DNA of 64,000 nucleotides. Source: the human T2T-CHM13v2.0 reference genome, Homo sapiens. Shown in pieces: positions 53,835-64,000 of the stretch. Both the position numbers and the translations under genes were made by a program. The notes beneath the pieces were generated by a model. The model worked only from the letters and a program-made list of their open reading frames with translations. It did no database searches and was not told the origin of the DNA. The stretch lies in NCBI RefSeq assembly GCF_009914755.1, contig NC_060935.1. One strand, 5' to 3'. Numbering within the stretch: position 1 is the stretch's first letter; the number at the start of each line of letters is the position of its first letter.

Positions 53835-54310
53835 AATACAGTGGGAGGCTAAGGGCATGAAATCTGGAGCTGGACTGCCCGGGTTTGAATTTTTGCTTTG
53901 CACTTACTAAATATATGACCCTGATCGAGTTATTTCATCTCTCCGGTCCTCGGCTCGTTCATCTATAAAATAAGACTAATAATAGTAACCACCTCATAGG
54001 GTGGCTGTGGGGATCAAATGAGGTAATATCTGGAAAGTACTTAGATCAGTGCCTGGCATTCCACTGCTTTGATTTATATTCATTTCAGCTTTGGTGACAG
54101 TAGAGGTCAGGGGTTATGAATACAGGTTATAAACATGAGTCGGAAGGAATTCAGGTTCTGACTATGTGACCATGGACAAGTTATATAGCCTCCCTAACAT
54201 CTCAGTTTTTCCCTTGTGTAAACTGGGGGTACTAATTACTACTTTACACAGGTTCTGTGAGAACTAATTGAGATGGCAAATGTAAAATGCCAAGTGCTAA
54301 GCATGGACGC
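53835..54310 (+). mobile_element. Two MIR remnants
   Basis: tctggagctggactgcccgggtttgaat; ctcagtttttcccttgtgtaaactgggg. Confidence 0.75.
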
Positions 54311-55099
54311 AGTATATGATATCTGCTGCCATTTTAGCGGGTTGCACTTAATGTTCCTGCCCTTAGGTGCTGGGGCCCTAAATCCATGCACTGGTCCTAT
54401 GCATTGATCAAGGTGGCTGAGGAGAGTGAAAGCATTTGGAAGAGTGGAGAGATGACAATGAGAGTCACTTCCCATTTGTATGTCCTGGGCAGGGCATACT
54501 TAGCTGCATGAGACCCAGACCACTTTCCAGGGGCTCAGATAGGTAGGCATCACCATATAACACCAATATAACACCAATAACACACATATGCTGGTAACTA
54601 ACAGAATACAAGAAGCATATCTGGAGCAAGGAGCTTCAAGGGTCCTAGAGAGGAAATATTTAGTTTAGCAGTCTTCCCGGAGGAAGAGGTTTTTAAGGTG
54701 AGTCTCAAAAAATTTACACACGGGAGAAGTTGGAGAAAATACTGGTCAAAAAGTCACTCATGTCATAAAGAACTTTGGATTCCAGGCCAAGGAATTTTTC
54801 CTTAATTCAGTCTGGAATGAGGGAGATATTGTATTGCAAAGTGGCTATAAGACAGGAACTAGTCTGAAAGGTGCCCAGGTATACTGGGCCAACAAATAGT
54901 GGTTTAGAAACCCTACTAACTGGTTGGCACTGCCATCGAAATTTATCTGGTGCTTTTAGAAGATGACATTTGGAGAGAGATATGCCTAGTACAGTTTTAA
55001 TGCCAAATTAATTATGTGTTTTCTAACACATTTCCAAAAACCAGTGCCAAGGTGGTTGGGTTCATTATTGTGAACCTCACTGTATTACCTTATCATTGC

Positions 55100-55390
55100 C
55101 TATGAATTAGAAATAAAATGCACTTGTACTTGACTGTGGTGGTACCTACACAAGTCAGGAAATTGCATAGACCTAAACACAGGCACGTACGAATACGTAC
55201 AAGTAAGACTGAGGAAATCTGAATAAGATGGGTGGATCGTATCAATGTCAATATCCCAATTGTGATACTGTATTAGAGTTTTGGAAGACATTACCAGTGG
55301 GGAGAACTGGGCAAAGTGAACAAACGATTTATTATTATTTTTTACAACTGCCTGTTACTCCGATTACTTCAAGAGTTGAAATTAAAAATG
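55100..55390 (+). mobile_element. L1MC/MD-like 3' end
   Basis: gaggaaatctgaataagatgggtggatcgtatcaatgtcaatatcc. Confidence 0.7.
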
Positions 55391-55399
55391 TATTAATAA

Positions 55400-55716
55400 G
55401 ACTGGGTGCAGTGGCTCACTTTTGTAATTCCAGCACTTCAGGAAGCCGAGGCAGGAGGACAGCTTGAGCCCGGGCGTCTGAGACCAGCCTGGGCAGCATG
55501 GTGAAACTGCATCTCTACAAAAAAATTTTAGAAATTAGCTAGGCGTGGTGGTGCGTGCCTGTAGTTCCAGCTATTCGGGAGGCTGAAAAGGGAGGATGGC
55601 TTGATTCCAGGGAGTCGAGGCTGCAGCGAGCCCAGATCGCACCATTGCATTCTAGCCTAGGTGACAGAGCAAGATCCTGTCTCCAAAAATAAAATAAAAA
55701 AAAAAATTAAAAAAAA
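55400..55716 (+). mobile_element. AluJ
   Basis: Full diverged Alu; TSD-like AATGTATTA. Confidence 0.9.
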
Positions 55717-56634
55717 GGAAAACAATGTATTAGTAAAAGTTATGTTTTGTAGAAATGTGTTGCACTCAGTCACAGTCTAGTCTCCTCAGTTACCCATATA
55801 TAGGGATATAGGGATTCCTCGGGCACAAAATATGTTGTTATTTAATCCTGAGGCCTCAGCTGGAAAAGAGAGCCAAGTGCCTAGAACGAATGAGGTCCAC
55901 TGTGCGGGAACTGCTTTGCAGTTTGTTAAATAATTATAACAATCACCCGAAACTTTAGACGGTTCTGTCCCCAGTGGGTCGATTTTACCCGTTTTCTGAT
56001 TTACCGACTGCGTCTATGTCACTTTTGCGTCACTACCTCCAATGGCAGGGTTAAAATGATTCCTTTAATAATGAAATGAAGTTTCTCAATAATGAAAGGG
56101 CTAACTTAAAGTCGCCGGATGCAGCATTTTAAAGTTTAGGAAGTTACTTTTGAAAAGTACAACCGGCAGAGATGAGTGAACTTAGTTTTTTAACTGACTT
56201 GGAGAAGACCTTGCTAGCAGGGCAGGTTTATTACGAACTCTGTAATTATCCTTCTTTGCTAAGCTAAAGGTTTTCCTTTCCCAACCGTAAGACAGATTTC
56301 GACTTGAGTGAGAGCTGTGAACTTTTATAAAAGTGAAAGGGAAGAGAAGAAATGGCAGGCTGGGAATCTGGCCCGGAGACGGCGTCCACCGCGCTCGAGA
56401 GCAACAATCTGCATCACCAGAAAGGCAACTTCTCTACCCTACACTTGCAGACTTCCGCGAGTCCGGGAGCACTCAACGCAGTCACCCGCGCTTCCGCGTC
56501 CCGGACTAGGGAAACTGAGGCACGGTAGGCGCGTCGCGCGCAACTCCCGCCTCGGCGCCTGCCCCCTGGAAGGAACCCAGGCTTCCAGAGTTCTTCGCGC
56601 GAGCGCAGGGACTTCCAAGCCGCGCAGCTCCCGT

Positions 56635-56656
56635 CCGCCCCGCCCCGCCCCGCCCC
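56635..56656. promoter_or_regulatory. Overlapping GC boxes (Sp/KLF)
   Basis: CCGCCCCGCCCCGCCCCGCCCC. Confidence 0.8.
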
Positions 56657-56806
56657 GGCTCGGGACAAAGCCCGGAGCCCGCGCCGGGAGACGGAGGGCG
56701 GCTCCCGCGCGAGCCACGCTCCCCCGTGGGCGCGAGACTCCGCCCAGCTGCCGAAAGCCCGCGCCCCAACGGCGAAGCAGCCGCGCCGGTCCGCCCCGAT
56801 TCCCCA

Positions 56807-56814
56807 TGACGTCA
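56807..56814. promoter_or_regulatory. CRE (CREB/ATF) site 1
   Basis: Perfect TGACGTCA. Confidence 0.85.
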
Positions 56815-56859
56815 CCGGCGGCGGCAGGCCCCGCCTCCAGCCCCGGGCGGCAGGCCGCA

Positions 56860-56867
56860 TGACGTCA
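56860..56867. promoter_or_regulatory. CRE (CREB/ATF) site 2
   Basis: Perfect TGACGTCA. Confidence 0.85.
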
Positions 56868-56906
56868 CCGAGGCCCCACCCCTCCGGAGCGAGTTCGGTC
56901 CTGGCG

Positions 56907-56941
56907 TTCATTTCATTCCTGTCCTCATTCCGAACATTCTT
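56907..56941 (+). promoter_or_regulatory. TEAD1: TATA-less core promoter with tandem initiator motifs
   Basis: TCATTTC and two TCATTCC fit Inr YYANWYY; no TATA about 30 bp upstream. Confidence 0.7.
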
Positions 56942-57340
56942 AGCATCGCTCGCGCCGCGCCGCGCCGCCTGAGCCGAGCCGAGCCTCTGCTGCCGCCGCC
57001 GCGGCCCCGCCGCCCGCCGCGGGCGCCCACCAAGCACTTTGCAGACTCGCTTCCACCCTGCGGGCCATTCCGCGCGGCGGGGCCCGGGCCCGGGGCGGCC
57101 GCGTCCAGGCACAGGCCATGCAGTGACGCCCCCCCACCCCTCCACCTTTGCCCGGAGCGCGGGCAGCAGCCCAGCGCGCCAGCCGGCCCCGGGGCAGGAG
57201 CGGTGCTAGGCAGGGGTGGGGTGGCCGGGCCCAGGGACCGGGAGCCGGGGAGGGAGCCGGGCACCGAGCAGAGGGCGGGGGAAGCGGCGCCGAAGTTTGC
57301 CTCGGACTCGCCGGGCGCTGCGGTGGCTCCCTGGGCCGAG
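56928..57340 (+). other. TEAD1: TEAD1 exon 1 (5' UTR, non-coding; start approximate)
   Basis: Matches my recollection of the TEAD1 mRNA 5' end (TTCCGAACATTCTTAGCATCGC...); consensus donor GAG|GTAAGT. Confidence 0.88.
57118..57126 (+). other. Minimal upstream ORF (Met-Gln-stop)
   Basis: GCC-ATG-CAG-TGA; translation not shown. Confidence 0.6.
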
Positions 57341-57914
57341 GTAAGTTGGCGCGCGGGGCGGATGCTGGGGTGCGGGGGGCGCACGGGGCAGCGGGGGGCC
57401 GGCGGCGCGTCCCTCGCGGGCCGCTCTTTCTTTGCGGGCTCTGCTTTGTGTGCGACGGCGGGCGGGCACGCGGAGGGCCGCGGCCGGGCCCCCACACCCG
57501 CCTCCCCGCGCCCCCTCCGAGGTGAGCGGCCGGGCGCCGCCGCGCGACTTGCCAGGACGCCAAGTTGGGCCGCGCGCTGGGAGCCCGCGCGGCAACAGGC
57601 GGCCCCCGGCCGGCCGCGCCGCGCCCCCCGCGCGCCCCCTCTCCCGCCGCCTGCACGCGCACACACGCACACACCCTCGGGCGCCTTGGACGGGGTGCGC
57701 TGGGGAGCCAGAAGTTCGGAGCGAGCGCGGGCGGGCAGAGCCGCCGCCTCGGAGCCCGGAGCCGGCCTGCACCCCCCTGCTTTCGCCGCCGCCCCCCGGC
57801 GCCGGGTACCCCCGAGGCCGGCCCGGGTCTGCGCAGACTTGTGCCGCTGGCGGGGGGTTCGCTCCTTCTTCTCAAAGATGAAAAAGGGCACGGTCGTCTT
57901 TGCCGCTTCTCCAG

Positions 57915-58067
57915 GACTGTTGCTGCCGCTGCCGCCGCCGCTTCATTGCACATTCAAGTGGAAAATTTTCAGGAGTCAGCAGAAACATTGTGTCCAAAAA
58001 AGACTGAGTCGCAGTTACCACCAAACCCAGGAGGAGACTCTCCCTGGAAAACTTCCCTTCCCTTTCG
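57915..58067 (+). other. TEAD1: TEAD1 exon 2 (153 nt, 5' UTR)
   Basis: Acceptor cttctccag|G, donor TCG|GTAGGA; joins exon 1 as in the recalled mRNA (…GGCCGAG GACTGTTGCTG…). Confidence 0.88.
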
Positions 58068-61000
58068 GTAGGAAATACTGGGGGATTTGTTTGTTGATTG
58101 GAAGAGAAATGATCCCCGGGGGGGAGAAAATCTGGGTACACTTCTAGTCTTTGTTCGTAACAGCAACACTTGTTTTCAAAAGTCCAGAGTCCCGCTTTAA
58201 AGAAAGTTTAACTTCTGTGACTTTTCTTCTTTTTAAAAAAATAACTTTTGTATTTTTAAAAAATCAAAGCAATATTTTTAATGAGTCGAAAACAATGAGG
58301 ACTCACACCTCCCCTCTTATGAAAATAAATGAAATCCAGATCAGAATTTTCTTTGCTTTTAAATTGCCTTTTTTAAAAGATTTATTTAAAGTTGGATAGT
58401 GTCACTATATAAAAATATTTATGAAACAATGAAATACCAGCCACCAGCGTTTCTCAGGAGGCTTGTTAACTTCTTAGAAGCAAGTGGCTTCCTGTGATTT
58501 GCAGAAATGAAAATTGACCTCAGTGAGCCCTGGAAACTTAGAGACAGATGATGTTCCAGGAGCAGGGAATGTAAAAAGGCCATGTTTAAAAACAGTGCGT
58601 TGGAAGGAGCCCAGGTCTTGGGATAGAAAGGTCTGTTAAGCCTGCCACATTTCAAAATAGTAAAAAGAAATACTAAAAACACTACACGTATTGCAAAGGA
58701 GCAGAACCTTATCAGTTCACAACAACCACAGATTTCTTTCTCCCCGCTTTCCACCTTGGTTGTTTTTGGAAGTTCAGGTGGTCTGATGGCTTGGGGTGCG
58801 CTGGTTGCCTGCAATGGTTACCTGAGTAGACATATCCCTCCCTTCAGGGAGATGTGATCCACTGTGTAGTCACAGCCGGGAGTGGGCTCCTTTCTCTGCA
58901 GGCTGCAGTGAATCTTGCTGGTCTTCTACGGATAGGGGCTTCTCTGAGGCACAGATTGGGGAACAGTCTTCAGGCTACGCCCGGTGCTTCACCCTTTCGC
59001 TGTTGGGTTTGTGCCCCGCTTCTGTAAACAGCAGGGTCTTCGGGTCCAAGCATATCTGAATGCTTACAAGGACTAGACTTAAATCCAACTTCCTTAGGAA
59101 TCTTTTCCTCTTTAGAAGGAAATAGTAGAACTAATTACAAAGTGACTCAGGAAAGACAAATGGATTCGTTGAACCTTTTGTCAGTAGTGAGGTTTTGAAT
59201 TGTTGAATTTTTGGGGAAAGGCTTATTTTTCTAATCTCACTGTTTCCATAAATGGTCACAGATATTTTTCTTTAGTGTTTCTTTGTGCAACTCTATGTTG
59301 AACTCTCAGGTTTCAGGTTTTAAACAGTTAACAATTCTTTTATTTATTGTTGGTATAAAAAATGAACTGATGATAAGCTATATCCATTACGGGTTCTTGC
59401 TGATGGTATCAAAATGCCAAGGTAGACTATTTTATTTTTACTTTAATGGTAAATATTATTTGATCTGCAGTTTTAGGGGAATATTAGAACTTTTTTTTTT
59501 AAAAACGAGCTTGAAACAAAACCAGTATGACACTTTGCTTTGACAATATGGGTAAAGAAAATTATAGGGAAGAATCTGTAAATTCCTCCTCTGTGTGATC
59601 CTTTATAAAGTAATGAACTGCGGGGAACATGCCTGAGAGAGATTATTGGAGGGTTGGAGGGTTTTTTTTCTTTTCTTTTCCCAAAACAAAAACCAGGACT
59701 CACCATGACATATACTTAATTAAATTTAATTTAAAGGGGGAGGACATCCCAATTTAGTTTGAGCCAGACTGATAGGAATTTCTCACTGAGAGGCTTTTCC
59801 TTGCCTTGTGGTACAATGTGTGCCCAGGCCCCAGCAGCAAACTAATTACACATAAGGGCGGGTTTGGGAGGGCAGCCTGGGGGGAGTCGGCTTCCTCCTC
59901 CCTTTCCCATTTCCTCTCTCCCCCCACTTACTTTATACAGCAGGAATTATATATTAGTATACTCACTTGGGAGACTGGAGTCCCCTTTTATTTAGAAAAA
60001 GGAACAAATAAGTCATAAGGAAAAAAATGTTCGAGTTTTTTTCCCTGCTTGAGCTTCAGCAGTTTATAAACAATTTTGTGTTTTGTTGGTTCTTAGAATA
60101 CAGAGCAACAATTATGAGGGCATTTCTTAACGGGAACGTTTGGGAAGAATATACTTTTATCATCGGTGTTTAGATCATATTTGTCCTTACATTTTCAGCA
60201 GAAAAGTATATAATACGAACAGTTTAAAGCATGTAGATCCCAAATATTAAATAGACTTTTGAAGAAATGAGCTGTGACATTAACAATATTTTAAGGTTGG
60301 TTGCTTCAGAAATGGATTGATCTCTCATACGTGGTGGTCATACAAGAGCCTGGGCATTTGTGGGATTACTTTTCTCTCTAATCTCATGTGTTATGTGTTA
60401 ATTGTGAGCATAATTATGCTGCCTGCAAATGAAAATTGTGTCTTATCACTCAAGGTTGGTGCAAATAACTGTATGTATGATCTGGTGGACTTAAAAATGA
60501 CCATATTCACATACAGACAGTAGGTGGATAACACTTTTAAGCTCCATTTTAGGCACTTGTACCCAGTAGAGAGATTGTGAAAGGGAAAATAAATAAATAT
60601 GAAAGCTGTGTTTAGAGGTCGAATCTGTTTAGTGGTAAAACTTTAGGGTCTGTTTTCTCCAAAGACTGAAGAATGTGGCCAAAAGAAGTGTCCAGATTTC
60701 TCTGTAGAACTGCAAGAAAATGCAAGCCAACCTTGTTAAATGCGAGCGTTACAGCTGCCCCTTTGGAGTTTAGTGACTGGAACTGCAAACTGCTAATGTC
60801 CAACTTTTGGACTCAGCCAGAAAAATATATTGTAAGCTTATTCCCCTTTGACAAACCTAGGCTGTGCTGCTGCTGGGCTGCTTGGGGACAGATTGATGGC
60901 TGGCACAATCTTTTATAGCTGCATGGTGCTTTTTCTTATTTTATAATAAGGCATAGATTACCTTGTGGTATTTAAGTTGCATCTAGAGTTGTGTTTGAAC

Positions 61001-64000
61001 CACATCAGTGATACATTTTATTCTTTCATATTCATAAAAGTGATAAAATCAGGTAATTCAGGTCCATCCTACGCACTTCATATTCATGGTCGAGCTTTTT
61101 GACAGACACCTTATTTAGACCTTGTTGTATTGCAATTACTTTGTACCTCTGAAATCAGGGAAGTTCTGGGGCTTCCCTCTTCTTGGGATAGTTTGTGGAG
61201 TGCTAGTATATTTGGATCTAAATACTTGGAGTGTTTTTCTGTGGGTTTTTATTTTTTGTTTCAAAGCTGTGAACTCTTGAGTGTCCTCAATCTGTAAGAT
61301 TCTCATTATGAGCTTCGTGGTCCATATTTGAATTTGGAATTGAAATTTGACCATTTTTTCAAATACATTCCAGTTTTGTAGTGGTACAGAATAGGGTAGC
61401 TTTGAAATATGTGTTTTATTTTAGTCAAAGTAAAAATGGGATGCCCTGGTGGGTGGGTTTTCAGGATGATGTTTCTTACAAGGGTAGGTTACTCTTAGCT
61501 TTTAAATTCTCCTTTGGTCCACTGATTTTTTGCATAGTTGAGAGGATTCTCAAAAAAATAGTTTCCAATAGTCCGGGAGTCTTGGCTAACTGTGAAACTC
61601 ACTCGTTTCCTCTTCTTGATTGGATAATGGTAGTAGTGGTGGTGGTGGTGGGGAGTAGGGGGAAGGTCCTCGTAAAAACCTATCTTTTTTCTACCTTTGT
61701 GGCAGGCCAAGGGAAGGGTGTGTTACATGCACTACACCCACCCCGCCTTGTTTAAAACTGGTCTTTACTATCCTAATGCAATGCTTTCTATCCTTTTTCG
61801 TGATTCACATTTGTTTTGAAGGCTCTGTCCTAGGATTTCATTAGCAGTTTTAATTTGCAGGCATGGGACCCTGGAAAATGGGCTTAAAAGAAAAAGCTGG
61901 CTTATTGATGAACAAGTTAAGCATCCGTCATCTCTAATGGGAAATTCTGGTTGCTTTTAGGCATCTGACAGGTTTAGATGTATGTGTAAAGTGACTGAAA
62001 CACTCTTGACTGGGAATATACAACACTGTTGTTCTTACTGATACATAAACTGAAAAACTGCTGCTAATGGTGGGAAATGTTAATTATGTGAGAACATATT
62101 GAACTTATATTCTCTGGCATGAACTTTTTTAAAAAAATGCATCAACTGTGCTGCTTTTTTTTTTAATAGGCACAGCTTTCTAATTATCATAATTCAGTTC
62201 AGCTCTGCTCTTGGATGGTGTTCAAGTGCAATCTCAATTTAACTTGAAAGGGGATTTTTTTTTTTAAACTTGGAATGTTTAAGAAAATTTGAAAAGTTCA
62301 TCCAAGAATGTTGTCTGCTTAGGTGTGAGTAAATCTAGGGGAATGAAATGAGTGCCTTTCTGTAATAATTCAATAGATCCGAATATTAAGAAAGAGACTG
62401 TTTTTTTGCTTTGCTCTGTATCCAAGCATTTTTGTATAACCTGATGCTACACACTGCTGAGTTCTCTTTGAAAACCAGTGTTTTTCTAATAGATAGTAAA
62501 CTAAATAAATGAATATTTTATTACCATCTGCAAAAATGGGAGTCTTCTAAGAGAGCAGAAATACGCAATTGTTATGAATGTATTTGACAGAAATCATTGT
62601 TAATCTTTTATACCAACCAAGCCTTTAGAAGGTAATTGCTTTATCTGTTCCTTCTTTACTCTGTGACTTGATGGCATTTTGTGAAGGGAGTCGTCTTTGA
62701 CGGCTTTCATCCCAGTGTCTGTATCCCTTAATTTTTCTTTGACTTTAATAGCTTTTCAAAGAAAAAAACTAAATGAAGCCCAAGCGCCTAATCCTCCAGG
62801 AATCAATTTTAATTGTAAGAAAGAACAACTTAGATGGGCCTTCCGACTTTCGTCCAGCCTGACTCCTTCTGCTGAGATGCGGAGAGCCCGCGGAAACCAA
62901 ATGACTTCATTTGCTCTGGCACTTAAGAACCGAATTCACTTCCGTGGTGGTGAAATAAAAGGAGCCAAGTGTTTTAAATAGCCACTCCCCGAGGCCCGCC
63001 CGCCCGAGCCTGTTGAGAAAAGCGCATTGTCTGCTTGCAGCTCTAGCTGGGAGCCTGCCTGGCTCGCCCTCCCCCACTGGGCAGCTCCATTTCTGAAGTT
63101 GACATCTGGTTTTCTCTCTGTTCACCTGATCTATCCCCGTACACGTGCTCACATGCAGACTGCATGCATGCATTCTGCAGGTAACAGGGATTTGTGACAT
63201 TAAGTGTGTGTGTGTTTCAAATCCCTACTGGGATAGGGGGAGGAACAAAGCTAATGGCACAAAATAAAATGTAAACACAGTAGCTGCCCCACATGCCGCC
63301 GCTGCTGGGTTTCTGTCTGATGGTGCTTTCTGGGTAGGCGTGCCTATTGTTATGGCAGCAACAGGCGGCAGAACTTGGGGCACCATATGGCGGATGTGGG
63401 CCTCAGATAAGCTGTCTGGTAATTTAGCTTATCAATAGCATTTTGATATGCTTCATTTTCAGATCACCCATTACTGTGGCTGGGGGTGTCTTGGGGGCTA
63501 ACTGATTCTGAAACCATTGTGAGCCGATGCTTCCTTTGGTGGAATCTCTTTCAATCCTTTCTCCCTGGCTGCCTTTTCATCTCAAAGCCTTTGAGAGACA
63601 ATGCTGGTTAGAGTTAGAGCTCCATTAGCTGAAGGAACCATCAGCCCCATCTTGAAATCCTGGGCACTTAGAAGACCTTGTCATGTATTGTCATTGAGAG
63701 AAAAACAGAAAACAGATACTTAATAGCATTTCATATTGTCTGAGCCGAGAAATTCTCTTAATTCAAAGTTGCTTTTGCTTTAAATATTGAAGGAGTAAGT
63801 TTGATACTGTTTTTAAATTTTGATGAAAGGTTTCTAGTTTTGTTATGCATTCAGAATACCTCCCTCATTTCCTTTCATCTTTAAATTTTACCTTAGCCGT
63901 AAAATGCAAAAATTATTACCATTTATATAATTTGAAATCAGGGAATGTGCCATTTGTAATTTGGAGGCAAGAAGCAGCTTCCTTCATGCTTAGAACTTGT
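58068..64000 (+). other. TEAD1: TEAD1 intron 2 (proximal part; continues beyond the window)
   Basis: Follows the exon 2 donor; no TEA-domain coding sequence seen. Confidence 0.8.

Larger units (their letters stand above)
56370..57960. promoter_or_regulatory. TEAD1: CpG island over the TEAD1 promoter, exon 1 and intron 1
   Basis: Abrupt rise in GC and CpG density. Confidence 0.95.

Noticed and set aside
54924-55050. 9-bp inverted repeat TTGGCACTG/CAGTGCCAA
   Set aside because: Too short and too widely spaced to call a MITE or hairpin; no TSD seen
56608-56616. NF-kB-like GGGACTTCC
   Set aside because: One base short of the 10-bp consensus; not supportable from sequence alone
56308-58147. Overlapping 120-337 aa ORFs on both strands, including a possible GTG-started uORF at 57203
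   Set aside because: Expected from stop-codon scarcity in a CpG island; Ala/Arg/Gly/Pro-biased, no domain, and they run across splice sites

Overview
Primate (almost certainly human) genomic DNA. Positions ~1-55,700 are repeat-dense intergenic sequence: about 35 Alus, nested ancient L1M/L1PB fragments, MaLR solo LTRs, hAT and mariner DNA-transposon relics, MIR/L2 and a ~0.9 kb C-rich VNTR. A CpG island at ~56,370-57,960 holds a TATA-less promoter and two non-coding exons (~56,928-57,340 and 57,915-58,067, + strand). I recognise these from memory as the 5' UTR of TEAD1 (TEF-1, 11p15); the start of intron 2 follows. No credible protein-coding sequence is present: the long ORFs are Alu, low-complexity or GC-rich artefacts. 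I see no new gene system. The best leads are regulatory: a two-codon uORF plus tandem G-quadruplex motifs in a 5' UTR that feeds a non-AUG (AUU) start; TEAD-binding MCAT motifs superimposed on the gene's own initiator; helically phased twin CREs; cryptic splice options in intron 1; and several clear mutational or retrotransposition scars. Repeat subfamily names and old-repeat boundaries are by eye and approximate.
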